A stretch of 64,000 bases of DNA from Hyaloraphidium curvatum SAG 235-1 (GCA_025558095.1 JAIVFI010000019.1:248001-312000), one strand, 5' to 3'; counted from the stretch's first letter, positions 24,562 through 36,421 are shown. Program-made: numbers and translations. Notes: generated by a model from the sequence alone, not told the origin.

Positions 24562-27214
24562 ATGGCCTCCGAAACGCCGTCGCGCTCGGGCTTGCGGCGG
24601 AGGGTTCCCGGGAAGGACGCTGGGGCAGACACGACCGCGGAGGACTCTGATCCGAAGCTAACGGGGGGTGTCGCCAAGCATTCGGCACCGGGGACCTCGA
24701 GATTCTCCGGGCTCCTGGCAAAGAGCAGACCGTGGCTCGTGCCAGGGCTGCTGACTGCGGTTTCGCTCTGGACCCACTGGTACCGCATTGGAGAGGCCAA
24801 GTACATCGTCTGGGATGAGGCGCATTTCGCCAAGTTCCAGAACTACTACCGCCTCGCCACATTCTACACCGATCTCCATCCCAACCTGGGCAAGAGCCTG
24901 CTCGGCCTGCCGGGCTTCCTGGCGGGCTATCCGGGGCTCCCAAATTTTGACTTCGGCTCGGAGCGCGGATATCCCGACGACAAGGTCGCGTTCGTCCAGA
25001 CCCGCATGTTCTGCGGCTTGCTTGGCGCGCTCATGGTACCCTTGGCGTACGCGACTTGTTCGGCGCTGGGTTGCTCAAGCCGCGGCAGCTTCCTCGGCGG
25101 CCTCGTGATCCTCTGCGATATGGCTTTGCTCACGATCACGCGCTTCATCCTGCTGGATCCTCCATTGCTTTTCTTTACCTCGCTTTCGGTTTACGCTCTA
25201 TGCCGCTTCCGCAACTATCGCGTGGCTCCGTTCTCTCGAGGATGGTGGTTCTTCCTTGCTCTCACTGGCTTTGCGATTGGCTGTGTGGCGAGCGTCAAAT
25301 GGATCGGCCTGTTTACCGTAGCTGTCGTAGGCCTCTACACTATTGCTGACCTGTGGAACCTGATGGGCGATTCGAACGTATCAAACGTGGGTTCCTGCCC
25401 GGGAGGTACTGTCCTGCCCAATTACTTATCTCGCCCCCCCAGCGAGAGTACCTGAACCATTGGCTGGCCCGGATCCTCTGCCTCATTGTCTTCCCATTCT
25501 TCATCTACGCCCTCGTCTTCTATCTTCACTTTGCCATTCTGTACAAGTCGGGGCCTGGTGACGCTCAAATGCACCCCCTCTTCCAGGCGGACCTTCAAGG
25601 AAACGAGTGGCTCATTAGCGGGCAGCACCGCGCGGTAGCTTACGGAACCCAAATGACACTGCGCTCATTAGCGCCATGGGGAGGTCTGCTGCACTCGCAC
25701 GTGCAGACCTATCCCAAGAAGGACTCGGGAGGCCACGGCTCGGGCCAGCAGCAGGTCACGGGCTACCACCATTTCGACGACAACAACAACTTCCGTTTCG
25801 AGCGCAGATGGCCCACCAACCAGCAAGAGAGGGACCTTGTCGCGAGCCGGAGAGGCAAGGTCCAGTATGTTCGTGATGGCGACGTTGTCCGCATCGGTGC
25901 GTGCCCGAGGTCCTGCTCTCTGCGCTGCTGACTCCTTTTGCAGTTCACTGGAACACCAAGAAGAACCTCCACTCCCACAACATCAAGGCTCCCATGAGCC
26001 TGTGGGCCAACGAAGTGTCGGGCTACGGCGAGGATAGCGAAGGCGGCGATCCCAACGACCACTGGATCGTGGACATCGTCGGAGACGTTGACGAGTCGCC
26101 GCCGCCAAAGGACCGGTTCACGGAAGAACTGGAAAGACCAGTGGTCCGTCCCGTCACGACCCGCTTCAGACTGAGACATGCTCAGACGGGCTGCCATTTG
26201 TCGTACCACAACGTCATCCTGCCGGACGTGAGTCGACGTTGCCTGCGCCCGATGCGCGCCTAAACCATCGTCCTTGTCTCGATCATCCGGCCCACATGAT
26301 TTGCAGTGGGGATTCAAGCAGTACGAGATTGTGTGCCGCAAGGGCAACCCAGACAGCCTGGGCTCGCAAATCGAGTGGAGCGTAGAGCGCATCACGGACT
26401 CGAGGCGTGAGTCCGCCGCTTGACTGCCGCGGCTCTCGCTTCAACCATACCACAGTTGCCAAGCCCTCGGGCAACGAAACCAGCTCCGTCAAGGTACCTT
26501 CCCGTATCTCCTTCTCCAACTTCTGGAAGTACTTCTACGGCGTCAACCTTGGAATGCACGCTACCAACAATCTTCTGACGCCGGAACCCGGCAAGCCCCC
26601 GTCCCCGATGGAAAGCGACCCGGAAACGTGGCCTCTGGCTACGGTCGGCATGCGGATGTCCGGCTGGGGCGACCACAACCTCCGCTACTACCTACTTGGC
26701 AACATCGTCGTGTGGAGAGGATCTGTGGGCGCTTTGGTGCTGCTGCTCGTCCTGGCGGCAATCTACACAGTAGCGTGGCGGCGCGGCTGGATGAACGACA
26801 AGCAAAGGATCCTGCCCGCCTTCTCGGACGCGGAGTTTGGCAACTTTATCTTTGCTGCAATTGGCATCGGCGTTGTCGGCTACCTAGTGAGATCAATGCA
26901 GTGGCGTTGCGCTCGCTTGCTAAACGTTCGTTGCTCTCCAGATGCACTACGTTCCGTTCTTTACTGTTAAGCGAGTCACCTACCTCCATCACCACCTCCC
27001 TGCCCTATACTATGGGGCCATCGCGCTTGCATATGCCAGCGACCATGTTCTGACGCACTACATCCGGAACAACATCCTGCGGACCGTGATCTTTGCGGCC
27101 GAGTGCGCGCTGATCATAGGAGTGTTTGTCTATTTCAGAGACTGCTCGTTCGGCATGACGGGCCCGACCGCTGCCTACAAGGGCCGGCAGTGGCTCTCGA
27201 CCTGGGCGTTCTAG
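24562..27214 (+). CDS. Dolichyl-phosphate-mannose:protein O-mannosyltransferase (PMT family, PMT2-like)
   Basis: IVWDEAHFAKF catalytic DE motif, RFILLDPPLLFF, SVKWIGLF, MIR domains (LLHSHVQTYP..QQQVTGY), HYVPFF..RVTYLHHHLPALY. Confidence 0.93.
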
Positions 27215-27222
27215 ACAGTTGA

Positions 27223-28110
27223 CTATAGATTGCTCGTTCCTCCTCCCGAGCGAGCTCCTCCGAGCCACCATTCCACCATTAGCTCCACGATCCACTTCGG
27301 AACCTCGTGCCCTCCGTGAAACTCGACGTACTCGACCGTGTATCCGTTGTTCTTCAGTACCGGCACTAGGCGCCTGCTGCATTGCGCAATGGGAAGTACT
27401 TTATCGTTGTTTCCGTGGCTCACGAAGACGCGAGGCCTCCCAACCGCCGACAGGGGCGCGGCAAACCCGGGCGAATTGGCCAAAATGGTCCGGAACAGCT
27501 CGCCGTTCGACACGCCGATGGACGCGGCATACGACGCGCCGTCCGAAAACCCGCCGACCGCCACGAGATCGGGATTGACGTTGTAGGTCTGGAAGACGCG
27601 CCAAAGAACGTGATTCAGGAAAGCAACGTCGTCGCCGTAGCCCTGTCCCCGAGACGCTATGAGGTCCCACGTGTAGACGCGACTCTCTGGAACCACAAGA
27701 ATCACGTTGGCCAGGTCTGCGATCTGCTCAAAGAGCGAAAGCTGGTGAATCGCGGTCCCCGTTGCTCCATGGAGACTTAGGAGCATCGCCGCAGGCACAG
27801 CGTCGTCGTAGGTATTTGGAACGACCACGAAACCATCCTTGCGGCCCCCCATGTTCAGCGGGTGCCTCCCAGGGGTCGTGGGAAAGTGCCTTGTCCGCGT
27901 AGAGGCCGTCGAAGCAAAGTTCTCCAGCGGCCGCGGGATCAGCGTGCACTCAACGTCCTCGGCGGCCACTGCGAGCCCGTCCGAGTGGGCGTGAGATGAG
28001 CGGGACAAGAAGGGAGGAGGTAACCCACTCTGAAAGTGGACACGCCCTTTCGGATCCGTGGTTGTCTCCGGATTCCGAAACCTCTCCAGCACATCCTCCG
28101 ATTCGGCCAT
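27223..28110 (-). CDS. Alpha/beta-hydrolase (phospholipase/carboxylesterase type)
   Basis: LLSLHGA oxyanion motif, GFSDG nucleophile elbow, VFVSHGNNDKVLP (Asp), GGHEVP (His); probable short in-frame intron near the 5' end. Confidence 0.88.
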   Translation of the reverse strand: MAESEDVLERFRNPETTTDPKGRVHFQSGLPPPFLSRSSHAHSDGLAVAAEDVECTLIPRPLENFASTASTRTRHFPTTPGRHPLNMGGRKDGFVVVPNTYDDAVPAAMLLSLHGATGTAIHQLSLFEQIADLANVILVVPESRVYTWDLIASRGQGYGDDVAFLNHVLWRVFQTYNVNPDLVAVGGFSDGASYAASIGVSNGELFRTILANSPGFAAPLSAVGRPRVFVSHGNNDKVLPIAQCSRRLVPVLKNNGYTVEYVEFHGGHEVPKWIVELMVEWWLGGARSGGGTSNL

Positions 28111-28304
28111 CCTTTGCCGATTCCTTGTTTGGGAGACACCCCTCTCGGACACTGGGCCGCAAGGTGTGATCGCCAGGGTGATCGTGCCGCGTCGCGTCGT
28201 CCGCAAACATCCCTCGTGCGTCGTCCGCGGCGATCTGGAGTGCAATTCGTCTCCGACTCGGTCTAGAACGGAATCGTCTCTACGTTGACTACGGTCGCGT
28301 CGCC

Positions 28305-29844
28305 ATGCCGCCCAAGACGGGGCCGAAGCAAGCAATGCCGCCCAAGGCGGACCCGGATCGAGGCTCGCCTTGGATGACGGCCCTGGCTGTCGCGATCGCT
28401 GCCCAGGTCGTTTCGGGAGCCATCTACCTCTACATGAAGGTCGGCGGGGGTGGCCTGGACAACGTCTTGCCGCCGCCGTCCACCATTCAGGCGATCCGAC
28501 CCCGTGGCTTGCTGTGCTCGAGGACGAACGATCCCCTCTTCACCGAGGACATCAAATAGTGGGGTCGCCGGGGAACCTCGACGCATGCGTGCTGACTTTC
28601 GTCACCAAGCGATTATGAGCGGGGCATCGCGTTCTTGTCCGCCGACAAGAACCGCGGGCAGGTGGGCTTTGCAGGGATATGTGAAGACTTGGTGACTGAC
28701 TTTGTCATCGTGTTCTAGTACAACACCGTGATGGGCCGATGGAATTTGACGGCCGGAGCAGTGGGAAAAGGCGATCTTTGGTATTGTGAGAGTTCTCTCC
28801 GCTCTGGATCAACTGCCCAGTTGCTAACAGTTGGGGTTGCAGTCGACGTGGCAAAGGACTGGGACGTGCGCCCGCTCGAGCCCGAAGGCTTCGATTTGCA
28901 AGGAAACGACTTCCATCCGCTCGGTATCGCCTTTTCTGCTCGCAAAGGCACGCCCATGTACTTCTACGCGATCAACCACCGTCGGGCCGGAGGCACGGTG
29001 GAGATCTTCTCCTTGCGCTTCCGCGAGGACGATTTGGACTACACGGTGCCGAGCATCAAGTGGATCCGAACTGTGAAGCACCCGCTGGTCAACACTCCGA
29101 ACTCGCTCCTTCCTGTGGAGCAGTCGAACGGGAAGCTCCACTACTATGTCACGAACGACCACTACTTCCACGCCATTGACGGCATCTATGCAAAGCTCAA
29201 GTTTGCGGAGAACGCGCTCCGCCTGCCACTCGCGAGCGTCGCTCTTTGCTCCGTCGACCCGATTCCGGTCGCCTCCCCCACTGAGGGTGTTGAATGCCGC
29301 ATTGTCGCCCCCAATCTACGCTTTGCAAACGGGATCGGCATGTCGAACGACGGACGGACTGTGTTCGTCGCACAGACTCTGGGTTTCTCTCTCTCCTCGT
29401 ATGATCGCGACCCACACACAAACTCGTTGACCTTCAAGGGGTCGACCCCGCTGGGATATGCCGTCGACAACGTTGAGGTTGACGAGGGAGACGGTAGCGT
29501 CATCGTGGCTGGTCATCCCGATCCAGTTCTCGTCAAGTGGGTCGCCGGTGGTGTTGGTGATCCGGAGGAGAGGGATGCGTACCGGGCCGGATTCCGGGCG
29601 CCGTCGAGGGTCGTCAGGGTGGTGCCGAGTGCGGAGGCGGCGCCGAAAGATTGGAAAGTGTCGACATTGTTCGAAGGTGGGTGCCTGGGGCCGTCACGGC
29701 GACGAGATAGTTAACCTTTTCCCGACAGACTCGGGAGAGTACTTTGGAAGTTCCTCCACCGGGGTGATGGACTCGGTTCGCAACCTGTTCCTCGCCTCGG
29801 GTCTGTACGACATTGGCGTGCTCGTGTGCAGAAAAGCGGCATAG
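28305..29844 (+). CDS. Paraoxonase/arylesterase-like six-bladed beta-propeller with N-terminal membrane anchor
   Basis: TEDI, FHPLGI, AINH..TVEIF, YVTNDHYF, FANGI, VDNV, AGHP motifs parallel those of the PON family. Confidence 0.85.
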
Positions 29845-29890
29845 CATTGGCGATATGTACAATCGTGGGGAATCGAGCCTTCTGCCGCAT

Positions 29891-30811
29891 TTACGCGATA
29901 TTTGCGAGGTAATCGCGAACCTCGTTCGGCTTGAGCTTCCTGAAGACGCCTCTCCGCTCCTTCCGCTTGCCCCCGGGCACCGAAACGTCCGTGATCTCCA
30001 CATCCTCCACGGTTGCGATCCCGATTTCAAGCGACGTATCGGACATTGCGCCTTCGTATCCCTCCTTGAGGGTAAGAATCGCGGTGTGCACAGCGTCTTC
30101 GATCTCCATCGTAGACGAATACCTAGGACGAAAGTGCTCAGCGACTGGACAATTAACAAGCTCAGCTCGCTCACCGCTTCTCGAGGAAGGTCTTTGCGTT
30201 GACCATATTCTTGCCGATCGCAGTCGCCTTCCACGGAAAGTAGGTCCCCGAAGGATCCACCTGGTACAGATAAACCCCCGTGTCGTCGGCGCCGGCAACG
30301 AGTAGCGAAACACCAAAAGGCCGGACGCCACTGGCAGACGAGAGATCACGGTGAATGGGTCGTTCGGTTCCGCAACGTCCTCCCGAAACCAACCCGCTCT
30401 GCGTGTACTCCTGCATTATGCTCGCCACCTCCTTGACAAGCATTACCGTTGGCGGCTCCTCGTTGTACACTCGCTTGTACTCCTGCGCCTTCTTGCGCGC
30501 CTTGTCCACGAGCACGCGCGCGTCCGGCCCCATGCCCGAGTAGACCATGCCAATGTTGGGCGAGATCTGCGACACCTTTTCGATGGTAGTGTCGTCGATC
30601 AGAGGAGACGAGGTCTTCTTCTCGGTCGCGATGACGATGCCGTTGGTACCTGCGACGCGTCGGCCAGGATCGACGCGCAGGACCGAAGGCACCCACCCTT
30701 TATCCCGATGCTGGTCACGCCCTGGTTCACAGCGTTGAGGGCATACTCAATCTGCACGAGCTTGCCGCTCGGCGAGAAGGTTGTCAGGGAGAAGGAGTAC
30801 TGGGAACTCAT
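29891..30811 (-). CDS. PRE8: 20S proteasome subunit alpha-2
   Basis: [62 protein letters not shown]. Confidence 0.96.
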
Positions 30812-31028
30812 GGCTGCTCGCGATGGTCCCGGGGGCCGGACACGTGCCGAAGCACCAGATCCAGAGAGCACGACTCAAGAAGCGCGGCTCGCAACGCAAG
30901 AACCGCGGTTCCCGAGCGGCAATCGCGAGCAGGGCGGGCGAAGGTCAGCGAGTTGCGTCGCGCCGTGCTGCATATGGTGATCGGGCCGCTCGCCTTCATC
31001 TGCGACTCCATTTGCGGCTCGCGATGGC

Positions 31029-31869
31029 ATGCGACGACGTGCAGCGCTCCGCATCGCTTGCGCAGCTATCCTTGTCGCGGTGCTGCTCGCATCTTTGGCT
31101 TGGTGGCAGCCGGACTTTCCCCTGGTCGCGGCACTCGAACTTCTCCATCCGGACGTACTCTGGCGCGTTCGACTGCCTTCCGGCGATCTCTCGGTAGCAT
31201 TATCGCTGGATGATGGGCCATCGGACTTGACGCCGCGGATTCTGGAGCTTTTGGAAGAGCACGACGCTCACGCAACGTTCTTTGTGCTCGGTTCCCACAT
31301 ACTCGAATCTCGCACCGCGATCTCGGCCCCCGATCCGCTGTGTCCCAATGCTTCACACCCTGCTTCTCTGTATGCTGCGCACCTCCGCTCACTGGGGCAC
31401 GAAACCGGCCACCACACGTGGCTTGACCGCCGGACGCTCTCTCTCCCACTGAAAGACTTGGAGCCAGAGTTTGACCGACTTGATGCGCTGCTGTTCCCTT
31501 GCGGTCCCGGAAACGCGACACGCTGGTTCCGGCCCGGGCACGGCGTGTTTGATTCGAAGCTGGTCGCGTGGGTGCATCGCAAAGGATACCGCACTGTTCT
31601 CGGCAATGTCCACCCTTTTGACCCACAGATCCGAAGTTGGTTCTCGGGACTTCATCTGCTACTGGCATGCTGCTCACCCATCCAACTCCGCAGACGCGAA
31701 GCTCAATGCCTGGCACGTGGTGAATCGTGCCCGTCCGGGTGCCATTATCATCCTCCATGACGGTCGCACATGGACGCTGGAGACCCTGAGGATTGCATTG
31801 CCAGAGCTTAGGAGGCGCGGCTTTAGGATCCTGACGATATCGGAGCTCGTGAAGAGGGCAGAAAGGTAG
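31029..31869 (+). CDS. Carbohydrate esterase family 4 (NodB-like polysaccharide deacetylase) with signal/anchor peptide
   Basis: [43 protein letters not shown]; one intron near 31640-31693. Confidence 0.88.
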
Positions 31870-31914
31870 CGCTAGCTCATGTACTGCCTTCCGATCACTT
31901 CCGCGAACCAAAGT

Positions 31915-32630
31915 TGCGGACTCATCATGTCCACGACTCGTCGCTGTCGACCTACATGGTCAGCAAGAAGGTCATGGAGATCAACCCCAAGAACAGCATC
32001 ATCCAGTCGCTCAAGACCAAGGTCGAGGCCGACAAGAACGACCGCGCGGTCAAGGACCTCGTGTACCTGCTCTTCGAGACGGCGCTGCTGCAGTCGGGCT
32101 TCACGCTGGAGGACCCCAGCGGGTTCACCGGCCGCATCCACCGCATGATCAAGCTCGGCCTCAGCATCGACGAGGACGTCGAGGACGCCCCGGCAGAGGA
32201 GGCCGACGACGACATGACCCCGCTCGAGGAGTCTGCTGCCGCTGCTCAATCCTCCATGGAAGAAGTGGACTGCTGAAAATCGTCTAGCGGAAGAACGCGG
32301 AAAGTGCATCTGGGGCCCGGGTCCTGTAGACTTACCATTCCGGACTGCTTTGACATTGTAGCCGTCAGTATGGCAAAAATGGAGATGATTGGTCGTGATC
32401 TGTTACATCGTCCTTGTCGAATTGCCCCCATATGGGTGTACGGGTGGGTCCGATGCCCTTGATGGGTTGGCGCGAAAGCCACCGGTTTGTGACACACCGA
32501 GTGCAGTGCTGGTCGGGGGGTCGTTCGAGAAAGGCAACAATGGTGTTGCATCACGTTGAAAACTCCATAGATTGTTCTCCCTTTCTTTGCAGAGGTATCT
32601 CGGGAATCGCCTGAGTCGGAGCTGCGACCC
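31915..32630 (+). repeat. Direct-repeat duplicate of ~19465-20515 (HSP90 3' end, 3' UTR, spacer and RPC2 terminal exon)
   Basis: Near-identical to 19484-19982, then recognisable but diverged matches to 20318-20515 (e.g. gaaagccac, catcacgt, tgagtcggagctgcga). Confidence 0.92.
31956..32276 (+). pseudogene. HSP90: 5'-truncated HSP90 copy (C-terminal dimerisation domain only; 106-aa ORF ending MEEVDC)
   Basis: [33 protein letters not shown]; no ATPase or middle domain upstream. Confidence 0.85.
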
Positions 32631-32982
32631 CATCAGAAGCAGGGTTCCTTCTTCCTTACGGATCAGGACCTGTGGCAACAATGCAGAACAGAACTTGAGC
32701 GCTGGAGCGAATTGGCAGCGAAGGGCTCTGCGAAATCAACAAGACCGCGCTTGCCGGACAGATCAGAGGGCCAAGAGTCGGGGACGTGGCCTCGGATTTG
32801 TCACTGACCTGTCCAGCGAGTGCCATCCTGTCCATTCGGCCCCGCTGCAATGTAGCAGCATCCAGGCGAATGATTCGATGCGAAATGGACAGGTCTGTGT
32901 TGGGCGGACACATCAGAAGGCGTGACGATTCGGACCTGTCAAATCCGGTCCACCCTTTCACGGGGCTGAGCTCACCGGCACG

Positions 32983-34039
32983 ATGTCCACCGCTGCCGCG
33001 ACGAAAGCTCCGCCGCCGCTGCCACCGGAGGTCTGCAGCCATTTGGACGCGCTCGCGCGGGCCGAACTCGACATCCGCGGTGCCACGTCCGCGCTGGCCG
33101 AGACCGCCCACTTCTCCACGCGGGACCTTCAGGACGCGCAGAACCACGTGCGTTCGAAGCTCAAAATGTGCCAGGCCGCGCTGAATGTGGGTTTCGACGC
33201 GTCCGGCGCCCCAGAACGCGTGTCGACTGCCGTCGCCGTCGCGCCAGGACATCGTGTACCATGCCGACGACTTTCCCCTGGACGTGCGGTCCGCCATCTT
33301 GGAGGAAGCAAGGACGCACAAGGACCGACATACCCAGTGCGTGCTTTCTTGCCGTCTCTCGGCTCGTTTCCCATCCGCGTCGGCCCAGGCTGCAGGCCGA
33401 CATCCGCACCGCGACCCTCGCCGCCGCTGCCGCCCTCCGGAAGCGGGAGGAGGACGACCGGCAAGCCTTGCTCTCGGGTGCTCTGACGGTGGAGGATTTG
33501 CGGAGACGGAGACCACAGTGGGAGCCGTTGCCATGCAGCCCGGGAATCCCGCTCACGGACCGTCCCAAGGAACGACACGGTCCTCGACACGAGCAACCAG
33601 CTCACCGATGCCATGCGCAGCGCCGTGCAGATGCTCTCGACCGAGGTCGAGCGCTCCGCGCAGGCAAACCTCGTCCTCGGTGCGTTCTCCGCGCGGCACG
33701 AGTCGTCCCGGCTCACTCTTCGCGGCAGACGAGTCCACCCAGACCCTCGGCAAGACGACGGGGGAGTACCGCACCTACGGGTCGCTGATGCGCACGTCGC
33801 GGGAGCTCGTTTCGAGGATCGCCTCGAGGGACTGGACCGACAGGCTGCTGATCTTTTTCGGCCTGCTCGTGTTCCTCCTCACGGTGCTCTACAGTGGGTG
33901 GCCGCAACCTGGAGCTGGAGTGCTCTCCCTCATCGCGATTGATTCGGCAGTTTTGAGGCGGCGGGCATGGTTCGTCCCCTCGTTCTCATGGATCTGGTGG
34001 CTCTTCACGTGGCCGTTCCGGATCTTCTCCATGTCCTGA
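32983..34039 (+). CDS. SEC20: ER SNARE Sec20/BNIP1
   Basis: Helical N-terminus, SNARE-like segment LTDAMRSAVQMLSTEVERS..ESTQTLGKT, then DWTDRLLIFFGLLVFLLTVLY..LRRR tail anchor. Confidence 0.85.
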
Positions 34040-34109
34040 GCTCGCTCGCTGGTGTGACAAGAATGTAATGTTCGATACCCTCTGCGTCTACAGAATTTGC
34101 CAGGCCGAA

Positions 34110-36047
34110 CTAGTAGTTCGAAGTGTACCGTTGCTGCGATTCCCATGAGCTTTTGCGCCACGCGTTTCGAATGACGGCGGACCCACCGATACGTCCTGCA
34201 GCATGCTGCTCGCCTTCTGCAGCGCCGCCGCGCCCAGGTTCTTGATGCTGCTCCAGTCGTCCGAGGCCTGGTCGCCGAAGCGGCGGACAAACTCCTGGGC
34301 CTGGGAGCCGACGACGCTGGCGATGTCGGCGACGCCGGCCCCGCCGGACCCACCGCTGGATAGAGGCGTCAGCTGGCATGCGGTAATGCGCACAGACGGA
34401 ATGCCTACCCCGACGGGCGGTCCTCGGGCCGGCGGTCGTAGTAGTCGTCGCTCCCGAACCCGCTCCGCCCCTCGAAATCGCGCAGCTTCTGCCTGGCCTC
34501 GTTCCTGTCACGCACCGAATCAGCTACTTGCCCAAGAAGCAGCACCGAGAGACGGCAACGCACCCGCCGTCGTCGTTCCAGTGCCCCCTGCCAAAGTACT
34601 GGTCGCTCGAGATGGCCTTGGCAGTGCCAAACTTCTTCCTCGCGAAATCCTCGTCCTCCTCCTCCTTCTGGCCGCCGCCGTACCTCGACGGCTCGGGGGT
34701 GGCGCCGAACCCGCCGCCGAAGCCGCCGCCCGACGACTTTTTCGGCGGCGCGGTCGGGTCGAACCCGAAGCCGAACTTTGGCGGCTCCTTCTCCTTCTTC
34801 TTCTCCTCGGCCGCGCCGCCCATGGCCAGCCTGCCCATGCCCATCCCCAGGCGGTCCAGCGCCTCCTCGTCGCCCTTGCCCGCCTCGACGTAGGCCAGGC
34901 GGGACGACTTGGCCTGCGCCGCGGCGAAGCCCAGAGGATCGCGCCGCCGGAGCTCCTCCTCCTCGCGCTTGCGGCGCTCCTCCTCCTCGCGGATCCGCTC
35001 CTCCTCCTCGCGCGCGCGCCGCTCGGCTTCCTCGAAGGAGATACCGGACTTGGCGGCCTTCTTGGCGCCCATGGTCTTCTTCTTGCCGCCGAGGAGGGAG
35101 GACGAGGCGGCGAGCATGGCGGCGGAGGAGCCGCTGTCCGCCGAGGCAGCCGCCGGGGCGGGTTTGGGCTCCTTGATCTCGGCAGCGGCCGGCGCGGGCT
35201 TGGATTCCTTGACCTCTTTGACCTCTTTGACCTCGGGCTTGTGTTCCACTTTCGCGGCTGGGGGTTCCGCCGGGGGTGCCGGCGATGCGGCGGCGGAGCG
35301 GGACGACGGCCGGTCTGAGGGGGGTGCGGGGCTCGGGGTGGCGCGGGCGCCGGCGGAGGGAGTGGAACGGCCGTTGATCATGTTGCCGAAAAAGTCGTCC
35401 TTGGGCGGCGCGGCGGCCTCCTCGGCCTCCTCGTCGGGGGTCTCGTCAATGACAATCTTGTCAGGGTATCTGCCCGCGCCGAGCACGAAAAGAACCGACG
35501 ATCGGTTAGATAAACCGGTCGAGGGATGTAGCGCTGGTGCCGCTGCCCACTTTTTCGCGTCCTCGTTCGTCAGCCTCGCCAGGCGCTCCAGGTACAGGCC
35601 TGCCTCCCTGCTCGTGTACTTTGCCTTTGCGTCCTTGAACTTCTGCACGCCGCCGTACTGCCTGAAAAAGTCGGTCGCACGGCCGTTGCCGCCGCACTTC
35701 ATGTTGCGCAGCTGGTCGACGGACCACGAGTCGAGCAGCGTGGATCTGGCGCGGGCGTGAGGGCGGGCGTGAGGGCGGGCGGCGACGCGGCGCCGGCGGC
35801 AGCCACCTCGCGAAGCTGATGTGCACGCCCATGTTGCGGTGCACGGCCGAGCAGTCCAGGCAGACGTACACGCCGAAGTTGACCGAGGCCCACGTCGGGT
35901 TCTTTGCGCCGCAGTCGAAGCAGGTCTGCGGCGGGTCAGGCGGGCGGGCGGGCGGCGCAGCGGCGGCCTCCGCACCTTGTTTTCCCTCCGCGACCTGAGC
36001 TTCTTGAAGACATCCTGCACCTCGGCCTTTGTCAGGTCGCGGGACAT
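34110..36047 (-). CDS. GLO3: ARF GTPase-activating protein, Glo3/ArfGAP2-3 type
   Basis: [37 protein letters not shown] zinc finger; Glo3 motif [16 protein letters not shown]. 3' end approximate. Confidence 0.92.
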
Positions 36048-36421
36048 GTTTGCGAGCCGGCGGGGGTGCGAGGGGCGCGCGGCCGCGAATGGAATACGAC
36101 GGAGGTGCCGCGGGCTGCGGGCACCGGCGGACGCGGGGAGGCGGCGGCGCGTCCGGAGGGGTCGGCGAGTTGGTGGTGAGTGGGGCTCGTTGCTAATATT
36201 AATTGCCTAGGACTGCTGCATGCGCGCTAACCGCGTCAAAGCCGAAAAACCGCCGAGGGCAGGGACGGCTCCAGCCACCCGCGCGGAACCCGTCGTCGCT
36301 TCCTTTGCGCCGCGGCCCTTCGAGGCAGCGCCGAGGAGCGCGCGGCGGCCGGCGTGCGGCGGCTTGTGCGCCCTCCCCGCGGCCCGCACGGTGCGCCTTC
36401 GCGGCTGCGCGCCCGGCCACG

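Noticed and set aside
31400-31430. Second metal-binding His of the CE4 motif replaced (HTWLD)
   Set aside because: As I recall, an Asp here together with FRPG is normal for one NodB-like subfamily, so it is not evidence of inactivation.
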